A DNA stretch of 64,000 nucleotides, from assembly GCA_937876375.1 (NCBI GenBank), contig CALEHY010000019.1, positions 3,858-67,857 on the forward strand. Reading direction: 5' to 3'. Positions 49,741 through 59,200 of the stretch are shown piece by piece. How positions within the stretch are numbered: position 1 is the first letter of the stretch; every line of letters begins with the position of its first letter. Made by a program: the position numbers and the translations under genes. Source of the DNA: an uncultured Clostridia bacterium (lineage in GTDB: Bacteria; Bacillota; Clostridia; Oscillospirales; Acutalibacteraceae). Under the pieces are notes generated by a model. It searched no databases. It saw only the letters and a list, made by a program, of their open reading frames with translations, and was not told where the DNA came from.

Positions 49741-49791
49741 TATATAACAATTGTTAATATCTAAAATATCGTGTCAACATATTATGTTTCT

Positions 49792-50244
49792 TTACAAGCT
49801 TTTGATAGATGCATCAGTTAAATGAAAATATTGTAGTTCGCCTTCATTATATATGTTGAACGTGCCTACAACCTCTATATTATCGTTATTGATTATTCCA
49901 AGAGCGTCAAATTCATCAGTTAGCACAAATTCTAACCCTTGCTGACAGCAGGCTGTTGCATCAGCAATAACACAGGCATAATAGGTCTTGTCTGTTTCTT
50001 CATCGTAATATTCGTTATACTGACCTTGCATTTTAACTGTTTTGCCAACATACTTATCTGGGTATATCATCATATTATATACCTCACTATATACCATAGT
50101 GCTTGACAATTTTGTTAAATCAACATCCACAGCCTTAGCACTTGTTTGTTCTGTTGTAGCTTCTGCTTTCTTCTCATTTTTAGAGCAAGCTGAAAATGAG
50201 AACACAATACACAAAGCACAAATTATTGCTATTAACCTTTTCAT
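49792..50244 (-). CDS. Lipoprotein with OB-fold-like domain and CC motif (metal-uptake accessory)
   Basis: Lipobox FSAC; YVGKTVKMQG; CVIADATACCQQGLEF. Confidence 0.7.
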   Translation of the reverse strand: MKRLIAIICALCIVFSFSACSKNEKKAEATTEQTSAKAVDVDLTKLSSTMVYSEVYNMMIYPDKYVGKTVKMQGQYNEYYDEETDKTYYACVIADATACCQQGLEFVLTDEFDALGIINNDNIEVVGTFNIYNEGELQYFHLTDASIKSL

Positions 50245-50252
50245 ATAACCAC

Positions 50253-50990
50253 CTAAAAGTCGGCTGATTCTTCAACGCTTGCATTAGTGATAACACCATT
50301 TGAATATGTACCACTAACAACAACTCTTGAGCCAGTTGCTAAAACAGCATCACTCTCAAATTCTTGTGAGAAACAATTATCGTAATATGGGTGTTGAACA
50401 GTTGTTGGGCTTTCAATTCTGCCATATACAGTAACTGTTTTGCCCTCAAATTTGTCTGCGTGAGCCTGCATATTAGCAACCTGAACACGCTCAAGTGTTC
50501 CACCCATTGTAGTTGTATCAACCTCAAATTCGCTCGGTGCAAGCTCATTAGTGATGTCGATAGTTGGATTTTCTATCCAATAGCTATCGAGTGCATTTTC
50601 GTTTGCAACAAATTTTCCACTAACAGTAATAGTTGAGCCAATTACTGGCAAATCTTTCAAAGTATCTGGAGCAATCTCCCATTGCCAGTCACAGCACTTT
50701 GTATTGTCATTATATCCCCAAACATAGTAACGCTGAGTGCTGTTAAATTCGTCATAGAGAATAGTGAAGATACCTTTCTTTGTTACATTCTTGTCGACAT
50801 AAGCATCTGCTTGGTCGTTGTAGAATATGTTTTGAAGCATAACATATTCATTAGAATCAATGATGGTTTCCATTTTTTGAGATACCACTTGCTCAGTTGG
50901 TTGTTGTTCATTATTTGTATCATTCTTTGAGCAACCAACAAATGCGAATAATATGGATAAGCACAAAAGTGCTGAGATTAATTTTTTCAT
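50253..50990 (-). CDS. Lipoprotein with tandem OB-fold-like domains and CC motif
   Basis: Lipobox FVGC; YYVWGYNDNTKCCDWQWE; FEGKTVTVYG. Confidence 0.65.
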   Translation of the reverse strand: MKKLISALLCLSILFAFVGCSKNDTNNEQQPTEQVVSQKMETIIDSNEYVMLQNIFYNDQADAYVDKNVTKKGIFTILYDEFNSTQRYYVWGYNDNTKCCDWQWEIAPDTLKDLPVIGSTITVSGKFVANENALDSYWIENPTIDITNELAPSEFEVDTTTMGGTLERVQVANMQAHADKFEGKTVTVYGRIESPTTVQHPYYDNCFSQEFESDAVLATGSRVVVSGTYSNGVITNASVEESADF

Positions 50991-51838
50991 TTTCTTCTAC
51001 CTCCAACAAGACCGATAATATAGAATAGCACAAAGCCAACAATATCAACTGCAACGATTGTTGAGCCAACAGGTGTGCCACCAAGAACAGATACTAAAAT
51101 ACCAAGTGTTGCACATACAACAGAGAAAATTGCAGAGCAAATTGTTACTGCCTTAAAGCTTTTGAAAACTCGCATTGCAGAAAGTGCTGGAAAAATCACA
51201 AGAGCAGAAATAAGAAGCGAGCCAACCAAGTTCATTGCAAGAACAATAATAACTGCAATAATAATTGCAATTAATAGGTTATACGCATTTGCCCTAACGC
51301 CTGTTGCGCTTGCAAAGCTTTCGTCAAATGTAACTGCAAAAATTTTGTTGTAGAACAAAATGAACAGTGCAACAACGATAACTGAAAGCGCAACGCATAG
51401 CCAAACATCAAGCTTGCTGAGTGTTAGAATTGACGTTGAGCCAAAAAGAGTTGAACAAACATCACCAGATAAATTAGAGGATGTTGAAAACAAATTCATT
51501 ATCAAATAACCTATTGCAAGCGAGCCAACGCTAATCATTGCTATTGCAGCGTCGCCCTTGATTTTTCTGTTTTGCCCACCCATTAAAAGCAGAACTGCAC
51601 TTATTATCGTCACAGGTAAAATGAGTAACATATTGTTAGTTAAGTTAATAACTGCTGCTATTGCCATTGCACCAAATGCAACATGGGATAAACCATCACC
51701 AATGAATGAAAATCGTTTTAATACAAGTGTTACGCCAAGGAGTGATGAGCAAAGCGCTATCATAATTCCTGCAATAAGAGCATAGCGAACAAATGGAAAT
51801 TCCATATACTGTGCTAATTTTTCAATCATATTAGTCAT
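50987..51838 (-). CDS. Zn/Mn ABC transporter permease (ZnuB/AdcB-like)
   Basis: LGVTLVLKRFSFIGDGLSHVAFG, VTFDESFA.ATG, VGSLLISAL. Confidence 0.93.
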   Translation of the reverse strand: MTNMIEKLAQYMEFPFVRYALIAGIMIALCSSLLGVTLVLKRFSFIGDGLSHVAFGAMAIAAVINLTNNMLLILPVTIISAVLLLMGGQNRKIKGDAAIAMISVGSLAIGYLIMNLFSTSSNLSGDVCSTLFGSTSILTLSKLDVWLCVALSVIVVALFILFYNKIFAVTFDESFASATGVRANAYNLLIAIIIAVIIVLAMNLVGSLLISALVIFPALSAMRVFKSFKAVTICSAIFSVVCATLGILVSVLGGTPVGSTIVAVDIVGFVLFYIIGLVGGRRK

Positions 51839-52511
51839 TTGCTCCTACCTCCTTGATAAAATCTTCCTTTGTGCCATAGAATGTGTTGTTGCCCACCTGC
51901 AAAATATGGCTTGCATATTTAAGTGCAGAATGCATATCGTGAGAAATCATAATAATAGTTAAGCCTTGCTCGTTTAGCTCCTTGATTAGCTCATACATTT
52001 CGGCTGTAACCTTTGGGTCAAGACCAGAAACAGGCTCATCAAGAAGTAGCACCTTTTCAGTTGCACATAATGCTCTTGCAAGAAGAACTCTTTGCTGTTG
52101 ACCACCAGAAAGCTCACGATAGCAACGCTTTGAAAGTGAGGTTATGTTCATACGCTCCATATTCTTCCTTGCAAGCTCCTTGTTTGACTTTGAATAAAAC
52201 GGCTTTAAGCCAGTTTTGTTAAGACAGCCAGACAAAACTATTTCGTAAACAGAGGCAGGAAAATCTCGCTGAACCACTGTTTGCTGTGGCAGATAGCCTA
52301 TTTCATTTTTCTTTAGCCCATCTCCAAAAACAATTTCGCCACCAAGTGGAGATTTAAGACCAAGCATAGTTTTCATAAGTGTTGATTTACCAGAGCCATT
52401 TTCACCAATTATGCAAAGGTAATCGCCACTATTAACCTTAAAATTTAAGTTGTCCAAAACTATCTTGCTATCATAGCCAAGAGCAACATTTTTACATTCA
52501 ACGAGTGCCAT
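51831..52511 (-). CDS. Zn/Mn ABC transporter ATPase (ZnuC/AdcC-like)
   Basis: GENGSGKST, IGYLPQ, LSGGQQQR, LLLDEP, ISHD. Confidence 0.95.
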   Translation of the reverse strand: MALVECKNVALGYDSKIVLDNLNFKVNSGDYLCIIGENGSGKSTLMKTMLGLKSPLGGEIVFGDGLKKNEIGYLPQQTVVQRDFPASVYEIVLSGCLNKTGLKPFYSKSNKELARKNMERMNITSLSKRCYRELSGGQQQRVLLARALCATEKVLLLDEPVSGLDPKVTAEMYELIKELNEQGLTIIMISHDMHSALKYASHILQVGNNTFYGTKEDFIKEVGAND

Positions 52512-52529
52512 TTTCCTACCTCCAAAAAT

Positions 52530-53525
52530 TTATGCTAGTGCTTTTTCAAGAACAGCAAGATTATCTTCCATTATTGAAAGATAGCTTGCACCATTCTTAA
52601 CATTTTCGCTTGTTACACTTTGAAGCGAATCAAGTGAAAGGATTTGCTGATTCTTGTCCTTTGTATTGCTAACGATAGTTTCAGCAATTTTGTGGTCTGT
52701 GCCCTCAATAGTGAGAACTGTTTTAAGACCTAATTCATCAACCTTGTCTGAAAGGAATTTGATTGTTTCAAAGCTTGCCTCTGTTTCAGCAGAGCAACCA
52801 ACAAAGGCTGCATAGTAATCAAGACCATAATCATCAACCATATATCTAAATGGGAATCTATCACCAAACAGAACAGTCTTTGTTTTTGCGTTGTCGCATA
52901 CTGCTTGATATTTATTATCAAGCTCGGTTAATGACTTAATGTAGTTTTCTGTGTTTGCCTTATAGGTTGCCTCGTTCTCGCTATCAAGAGCGATTATAGA
53001 TTTTGAAATACTGTCGCAAAGGGTAATTGCATTTTTGAGTGATAACCAAATATGTTCGTCATATTCGATTTCTTCCTCTTCACCGTGTTCCTCTTCTTCC
53101 TCCTCTTCAGCTTCCATACCTTCCTTAACCTCTTCCTCCTTAGCGCTGTCGCCAAGGGTTTCAAGAAGGTTAACCACAACCATATTTTTATTAGTTGCAT
53201 TGGCAAGGGCATCCTCAACCCATTCGTCACTTTCGCCACCAACATAAACGAACATATCGCAAGTTGAGATTTTTGCTAAATCGTCAACGGTTGGCTGGTA
53301 GTTGTGCAAATCTATTCCATTGTCAAGGAGCAAGGTTAAATCAACATTATCTGCCTTGTCGCCAAGGATATTCTTAACCCAGTCATACTGTGGAAATATA
53401 GTGCAAATAATGCTTAATTTCTTTGTTTCGTTATTGTCATCGCTCGCGTTTTTTGAGCAAGCACCAAATGCAAAAATAATTGATAAACATAATATAATAG
53501 ATAAAATCTTCTTAAATTTAGACAT
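52530..53525 (-). CDS. Zn/Mn ABC substrate-binding lipoprotein (ZnuA/AdcA-like)
   Basis: Lipobox FGAC; DLHNYQPT, Glu-rich loop, DEHIWLS, GDRFPFRY, GCSAETE. Confidence 0.93.
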   Translation of the reverse strand: MSKFKKILSIILCLSIIFAFGACSKNASDDNNETKKLSIICTIFPQYDWVKNILGDKADNVDLTLLLDNGIDLHNYQPTVDDLAKISTCDMFVYVGGESDEWVEDALANATNKNMVVVNLLETLGDSAKEEEVKEGMEAEEEEEEEHGEEEEIEYDEHIWLSLKNAITLCDSISKSIIALDSENEATYKANTENYIKSLTELDNKYQAVCDNAKTKTVLFGDRFPFRYMVDDYGLDYYAAFVGCSAETEASFETIKFLSDKVDELGLKTVLTIEGTDHKIAETIVSNTKDKNQQILSLDSLQSVTSENVKNGASYLSIMEDNLAVLEKALA

Positions 53526-53688
53526 AAAAATAGCCTCCAAAAATAAATATTGTTAAAAAATGCGCAAAAGGGCGCAAAAAAACAAGGAGAATAAAGGGAT
53601 ATAATAATCCCTTGGTATCAGCATCTACAAATAGATAGAATTTCCCTATGTAGATAGATTATCCCCTTGGTGTAAAATTCAACAATAT

Positions 53689-53985
53689 TTAATTTGAAAG
53701 CTTTACCTTAAGATCAACAGGAGTATTAACCTTAACAACATATTTAATTAAGCCTAAAGTAAGCACTAATGCCCAAAAAACACAAATAATGGCCATTGCT
53801 TCCTCTGGCTTTGGTGTTTGGTTGTCAAATAGCTTAAGGCTCAAATTTATTTGATCACAAATTTGACAGTCAGAACCTGTACATTTATGATTAGCACTTT
53901 CTACAACGAAAAGAGCAGAAGAAACCAAGCCGATTGCCATTGCAACAGCCACGATAATAGCTATAATTCTATTACGCTTGGTCAT
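53689..53985 (-). CDS. Small membrane protein with H-x-C-x3-C-x2-C motif upstream of the metal ABC operon
   Basis: AGGAG RBS; TM; ANHKCTGSDCQIC; ends TPVDLKVKLSN. Confidence 0.75.
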   Translation of the reverse strand: MTKRNRIIAIIVAVAMAIGLVSSALFVVESANHKCTGSDCQICDQINLSLKLFDNQTPKPEEAMAIICVFWALVLTLGLIKYVVKVNTPVDLKVKLSN

Positions 53986-54081
53986 AATATCGCTCCTTTT
54001 TTATTCTTTATTTTATATTATCACTTTTTATTTAAAAGTCAATAAGTAAGATTAGCCATTTGATGCATCAAATTCGGCGTG

Positions 54082-54153
54082 ATACCAAAAGTATCTGACA
54101 ACACCAATAACAAAAAATAACTGCCATAACGAAAAAACTTCGTTATGGCAGTT
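54082..54153. repeat. ~72-bp imperfect direct repeat containing a terminator hairpin, copy 1
   Basis: ATACCAAAA..ATCTG.CA.CACC...AAAAATAACTGCCATAACGAA-loop-TTCGTTATGGCAGTT; matches 55807-55880. Confidence 0.85.
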
Positions 54154-54156
54154 GCT

Positions 54157-55671
54157 CTATTTGCAATCGTTTCTTATTTTTGCATAATCCTTCGCATTGA
54201 TTACTCCATCATTATTTGTATCGGCATAGAAATGATAACCTTTTTTGTTTTGATATGTGATATTATTTTTAAAGTAATCCATTTTGTTTAATGTATTTAT
54301 TGCAAAATCAGTTTTCTTTTGGTAAATGAGATTATGATTAAAATCAACGCCAAGACCTACAATGCTTTCGCCAGCATTAATAAATTCCTGCTTGTTCCAC
54401 TTGCCTGTGCTATCTTGGATATAGACATAAATAATGCCCCAAGAGCTCACATAAAACTTTCCATCAAGCAAAACTAGACGAGAATATGCATCTTTTGTGT
54501 TAACATATTTTGTAAACCAAGCGCCTGTTGGCTTATGCTGAGTTGTAAAGCTCTTGCTATCATACGAAATTTCACTAGAATCAACCTTATGTGTTCCTGT
54601 GTTATCCGTGCAATAGAAATATAATTTTGAGGTATTTGGCTCATAATCGAGCGAATAATAGCCACCCTTATAGAAATAGATATTTGTTGAAACATCGTTC
54701 CAGGTGCTAGTATCATAATCCTTATTTGTTGCTGAGCAATTATCAAAAGTTGCTCCACCATAGTGATAGTAGCCATCGGCAGTTGTCATATAGTCATCGC
54801 TTTTCAAAAAGCAACGATGGAACACAGAGCCATAAGCATTTTTTCTTCCGTCATTTAGGCTATTATCGTCATAAGTCAAGTCGATATTAAACCAAGAGCC
54901 ATTAATTTTAACCTTATTCCAAGCGTGAGCCATTTCGGTTGAAACAACATATTCCGACTCAATTCCAAGCCTATCAAGAACATATGTAAACGCTAGAGTA
55001 TAGCCAGCACAAACTGTATATCCATCATAAAAAATTCCATATGCTGAATGATAAATCTGCTTGTCATTTGTTTCGGCATCTGCTGGATAGGTTGCTATAT
55101 TGCAAAAATAATCGTGCAGAGTCAAGACCTTTTGAACGTCTGTCATTGAGTCATCAACCTGTGCCAACGCTCTTTGGACTCCCTTTTCAAATATTTGCTT
55201 TGCCTTTGAAACAGCTGAGGAATCCATAACATAATAAGGATAAGCATAGTATACTGTTTTATCATCATAGGTTGTGTAACTATACGAGCTTGAAACATAA
55301 AACAAATCTGGATGGTCGTTAATTACATTAGTATAGACCTTTTTAAATTCATCCATTGTGACAGAAAAGCCATAAATAGCTGGTGCAATTTGACCCTCAA
55401 CATATTTTAGCTGACGATAAATATATTCCTCAAGTGTCATTGAAGCACGAGTTGAATTTTCATCGCTCATTTTATCTGCATTTGCTTCAACAAATTCTGC
55501 ACTTTCAATAATTTCTTCATCAAAAGAGCCCTCTTGTAGAAGCTCAACCTTTTCCTCCACTCGCACACCAAAAAGACCCTTAGCAATATCTTCACCAAAG
55601 GCTAAAAACGGCATAGCAACAACTATAATTGCCATTAATATTAAAATATAATTTCTTAATTTCTTTTTCAT
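54157..55671 (-). CDS. Secreted transglutaminase-like cysteine protease with C-terminal half-dockerin-like tag
   Basis: Signal/TM; HDYF, VCAGY (Cys), HAWNKV (His), IDLTYDD (Asp); ends ADTNNDGVINAKDYAKIRNDCK. Confidence 0.85.
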   Translation of the reverse strand: MKKKLRNYILILMAIIVVAMPFLAFGEDIAKGLFGVRVEEKVELLQEGSFDEEIIESAEFVEANADKMSDENSTRASMTLEEYIYRQLKYVEGQIAPAIYGFSVTMDEFKKVYTNVINDHPDLFYVSSSYSYTTYDDKTVYYAYPYYVMDSSAVSKAKQIFEKGVQRALAQVDDSMTDVQKVLTLHDYFCNIATYPADAETNDKQIYHSAYGIFYDGYTVCAGYTLAFTYVLDRLGIESEYVVSTEMAHAWNKVKINGSWFNIDLTYDDNSLNDGRKNAYGSVFHRCFLKSDDYMTTADGYYHYGGATFDNCSATNKDYDTSTWNDVSTNIYFYKGGYYSLDYEPNTSKLYFYCTDNTGTHKVDSSEISYDSKSFTTQHKPTGAWFTKYVNTKDAYSRLVLLDGKFYVSSWGIIYVYIQDSTGKWNKQEFINAGESIVGLGVDFNHNLIYQKKTDFAINTLNKMDYFKNNITYQNKKGYHFYADTNNDGVINAKDYAKIRNDCK

Positions 55672-55752
55672 ATTATTTAGTGTGTTCATCAAGTGATAAA
55701 TAAAATTTTTGATTTGCTTGTGTCATAGAAAAATGTTTCTATACTAATAAAT

Positions 55753-55782
55753 ATTATATCAGCACTTAAAATTAAATGTCAA
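55753..55782 (-). promoter_or_regulatory. Sigma-A promoter of the transglutaminase-like gene
   Basis: TTGACA-18 bp-(TG)TATAAT. Confidence 0.65.
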
Positions 55783-55806
55783 CATTAATTATTAAAAACC
55801 AACGCA

Positions 55807-55880
55807 ATACCAAAATAATCTGCCAGCACCGAATATAAAAATAACTGCCATAACGAAGGTAAAAATTCGTTATGGCAGTT
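55807..55880. repeat. Direct repeat copy 2 / terminator of the infB operon
   Basis: Same 15-bp stem AACTGCCATAACGAA/TTCGTTATGGCAGTT with a different loop. Confidence 0.85.
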
Positions 55881-55905
55881 TCTCTTATAAATGTACATTT
55901 TTATA

Positions 55906-56568
55906 TTAAACATATTCTAATACTTCGATAATATCGTCGATGACTGGTACGTCATCTCGTAGATCTTGGTCCTTGAACCATCCAAAGTTCATACGAATAG
56001 CTTTCATACCTGCACCGAGTGCACCCTGGATATCGTTAACTGGATGGTCGCCAACATACGCACACTCCTCTGGTGCGATACCAAGCTTGTCTGCTGTGTA
56101 GGTGAACAGTGCTGGGTCTGGCTTGTGCACACCGACATCACCACTGACTACCACGATATCACAATATGGACGAAGTCCACTAGTATCCATCTTATGATTT
56201 TGAAGATATGCTGGACCATTGGTGATAACACCAGTGGTGTAGCCTCTATCCTTTAGCTCCTTTAGTAGAGGAATAGAGTTGTCGAATATCACATTACAGT
56301 CACCAAAGGTGGTGTCGTAATGCTCTGCTAACTCCTCTGCTGGTGGAGCATCAACCCAACCCCACATATCGATAAGCGATGCATACCAGTCCACACGAAC
56401 AACATAACCACCCTTACCAGTGATACGCATATCCTCTTTTCTTTTTTCAAGCTCGATAGGGTCAAGGTCTGGCAGATATTTTGCAAAAAAATTGTCCATA
56501 TATCCCTCAAAAGCCAAGGTCCTATCCTGCAATGTTTCGTCAAAATCAAATAATACAGCTTTTATCAT
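55906..56568 (-). CDS. HAD-superfamily hydrolase (YjjG/PynA-like)
   Basis: LFDFDETL, ITNG, KPDP, YVGD..VNDI.GA. Confidence 0.92.
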   Translation of the reverse strand: MIKAVLFDFDETLQDRTLAFEGYMDNFFAKYLPDLDPIELEKRKEDMRITGKGGYVVRVDWYASLIDMWGWVDAPPAEELAEHYDTTFGDCNVIFDNSIPLLKELKDRGYTTGVITNGPAYLQNHKMDTSGLRPYCDIVVVSGDVGVHKPDPALFTYTADKLGIAPEECAYVGDHPVNDIQGALGAGMKAIRMNFGWFKDQDLRDDVPVIDDIIEVLEYV

Positions 56569-57358
56569 AGTCCAACTGTTCTCTCAATCCATCAATATCG
56601 GAAAAGGTCTTTTCCTCTCTCATATATCGCACAAGCTCTATGCGTAGAGTCTTGCCGTACAAATCACCATCAAAGCCGAAAATATGTGTCTCACAAAGTG
56701 GCTCATCAACAATCCAAGTAGGACGAATACCGATATTGGTAAACGCCTTGTACTCCACTCCATCGACAATCGCTCTGCTCTCATACACACCGAATTTTGG
56801 CACAATAAGACCATTTGGCAAATGCTGATTTGCTGTAGGAAAATCGATAGTCCTGCCCCTTTGGTCGCCAGTGATGACCTCGCTCTCAAAGGTGAAATTG
56901 TAGCCAAGCATAGCGTTGGCGTTCTCGATATCACCATCGGCAATGCATTTGCGAATACGAGTGGAGCTGATAGGCTCACCCTCATAGTCAAGATGCTCCA
57001 AGATACGCACCCAAATGTCCTTTTGCTCCAAAAATCCTCTCAAATCAAGAGCAGACCACATAGCATTCTTGCCAAAACGGAAGTTAAAGCCACATAGCAC
57101 CATTCCAGCATTAAATCTGCCGATAAGAATATCGTTAATGAAATCCTCAGCAGACATATTCTTAAGTTCTTCAAAATCTGCGAACACAACAGTAGGATAT
57201 CTCTCCTCAAAAATACTCTTTTGTAGGAGTGAAAATCGGTTGTTGACACAGTAGATGATAGCGTCGTCACCACCAGTACATACTGTACAATGGGCACGGT
57301 GCATACCATCAAAGTCACCGAGTGCTACTGATATTCGTTTCTTATCTTTATTATCCAT
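56546..57358 (-). CDS. ribF: Riboflavin kinase / FAD synthetase (short form)
   Basis: GDFDGMH, GFNFRFGK, ISSTRIR, GDQRGRTIDFPTAN, NIGIRPT, ETHIF.FDGDLYG. Confidence 0.9.
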   Translation of the reverse strand: MDNKDKKRISVALGDFDGMHRAHCTVCTGGDDAIIYCVNNRFSLLQKSIFEERYPTVVFADFEELKNMSAEDFINDILIGRFNAGMVLCGFNFRFGKNAMWSALDLRGFLEQKDIWVRILEHLDYEGEPISSTRIRKCIADGDIENANAMLGYNFTFESEVITGDQRGRTIDFPTANQHLPNGLIVPKFGVYESRAIVDGVEYKAFTNIGIRPTWIVDEPLCETHIFGFDGDLYGKTLRIELVRYMREEKTFSDIDGLREQLDYDKSCII

Positions 57359-57359
57359 A

Positions 57360-58253
57360 CTAATCTCGTCTGGAAAGCAGACGCAACAGCTTTAGCTGTG
57401 CTCCGTCATTCTCTCCAAGTCCTAAAAATTGTCCCTCGCCATCATACACGGCACATGGGATATTGATACCAGGGGCGTTCTTCACCCTGTCAATATCAAG
57501 CGCCCCACCATTGCAAAAGCGAACTGCTTGCTTTGGTGACACAAACACCCTCTTGTAATCACTAAACATTTCTTCAACGCTGTGCAAAACAGCACCAAAG
57601 TCGCCATCACTGTCCTTGATTGCTTGAAGCTCATCAATAGTGACACAGTCATCAAGGCTAAAGCCCATAGCCCTAGTCCTGCAAAGCTCTGTCATAGTCG
57701 CACCACAGCCAAGCGCTCTGCCGATATCATCGATGAGCGAACGGATATATGTACCCTTTGAGCAGAGCACGTCGATGACATACTCATCACCAATCTGGTC
57801 GACTAGCTCTAGCGATTTTATTTCCACCTCACAAGCGTCACGCTCAATCTCCTTGCCCTGTCTGGCAAGGTCATAAAGCCTAACACCATCAACGCTCTTG
57901 GCGCTAAACATAGGTGGCATCTGCATAATTTTGCCAACAAATCGTGGCAATATATCAAGAATATCGTCCCTGTCAACATTGACCTCGTACTCACCAGTAA
58001 TATTACCAGTGATATCGAGCGTGTCAGTCGTCTTGCCAAGCACAAAATGGGCACGATAGCCCTTGTCACTATCTGGCAAAAAATTCAAAAATCTAGTAGC
58101 GCCACCAAGCATAATTGGTAGCACGCCGGTAGCCATAGGGTCGAGCGTGCCAGTATGACCAGCCTTCTTCTCCCTAGTGATGCCCCTAGTCTTTGCAACG
58201 ACACCGAACGAGGTAATATCCTTGCCCTTGTTCACACAAATAATGCCTGTCAT
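57360..58253 (-). CDS. truB: tRNA pseudouridine(55) synthase
   Basis: KAGHTGTLDPMATGVL, PPMFSAK, CSKGTYIRSL. Confidence 0.97.
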   Translation of the reverse strand: MTGIICVNKGKDITSFGVVAKTRGITREKKAGHTGTLDPMATGVLPIMLGGATRFLNFLPDSDKGYRAHFVLGKTTDTLDITGNITGEYEVNVDRDDILDILPRFVGKIMQMPPMFSAKSVDGVRLYDLARQGKEIERDACEVEIKSLELVDQIGDEYVIDVLCSKGTYIRSLIDDIGRALGCGATMTELCRTRAMGFSLDDCVTIDELQAIKDSDGDFGAVLHSVEEMFSDYKRVFVSPKQAVRFCNGGALDIDRVKNAPGINIPCAVYDGEGQFLGLGENDGAQLKLLRLLSRRD

Positions 58254-59200
58254 TACTTTAGTAATTCCTCACATTTTGCGACAAGTAGTCGCTTTGCCTC
58301 TTCAACACCACAGTCAAAACGACAAGCAGCAGCCTGCTTGTGGCCACCACCACCGAATGCACTAGCAAGCACTGATGCATCAACACTCTCGAATGTTCTA
58401 ATCGAGCATTTGCAGGTCTTGTCCGGCTTTTCACGAATAGAAAGACCAATCTCAACACCCTCGATTTGACGAGTTAGTGGTGCGATAGCCTCTGTCTCCT
58501 GCTCATTTGAGCCAGTCCTTGCGTACATATCCTGTGTCACGGTAGCGACACAAATTCTGTCATTAGAATACAGCTCCATACCCTCGATAACAAGTCGCTC
58601 TAGTGCAGCATAAGTTCTTGTCTTGGTCTCAAACATAATACGGTTGATAGTACCATTGTCAACACCAAGGTCGATTAGCTCTGCTGCAGCACGATATGTG
58701 TTAGAGGTGGTGCTAGAATATCTAAAACAGCCAGTATCAGTGGTGATACCCGTGTATAGGCATTCTGCAATTTTCTTGTCTATATCGATATGCATAGCCT
58801 TGATAACCTTTAGCACGACCTCACAAGCAGCAGCTGCATCAGCGTTTAGTAGCAAATTCTCTGCAAACTCGGTATTAGTACCATGATGGTCGATGCAAAG
58901 ATTGATTTTGCCAGCATATTCGTCTGCCAAATCGCCAAGCAAATTCTCTGTGGCAACGTCGACAGCAACGATATACTCTGGCTCAAAGCTTGGCATATCA
59001 AGGTCATCAAAGAGATAATTATATTTTGATTGAATAGGGTCGGCACAAAGAACTCTTGCTCTCTTGCCAATCTTAATAAGTGCTCTGCATAGTCCAAAGC
59101 CACAGCCCAATGTGTCACCATCTGGGTGAGCATGGGTCAAGATAAGAATATTATCCTGTGACTTGAGAAGATGAGCACATTTTTCAACATTAATCTTCAT
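58253..59200 (-). CDS. nrnA: DHH/DHHA1 oligoribonuclease / pAp phosphatase
   Basis: HAHPDGD, IDHH, TDTGCF, GGGH..AA. Confidence 0.92.
   Translation of the reverse strand: MKINVEKCAHLLKSQDNILILTHAHPDGDTLGCGFGLCRALIKIGKRARVLCADPIQSKYNYLFDDLDMPSFEPEYIVAVDVATENLLGDLADEYAGKINLCIDHHGTNTEFAENLLLNADAAAACEVVLKVIKAMHIDIDKKIAECLYTGITTDTGCFRYSSTTSNTYRAAAELIDLGVDNGTINRIMFETKTRTYAALERLVIEGMELYSNDRICVATVTQDMYARTGSNEQETEAIAPLTRQIEGVEIGLSIREKPDKTCKCSIRTFESVDASVLASAFGGGGHKQAAACRFDCGVEEAKRLLVAKCEELLK

Noticed and set aside
53068..53142. TCTTCC-type microsatellite
   Set aside because: It simply encodes the Glu-rich loop of the metal-binding lipoprotein.
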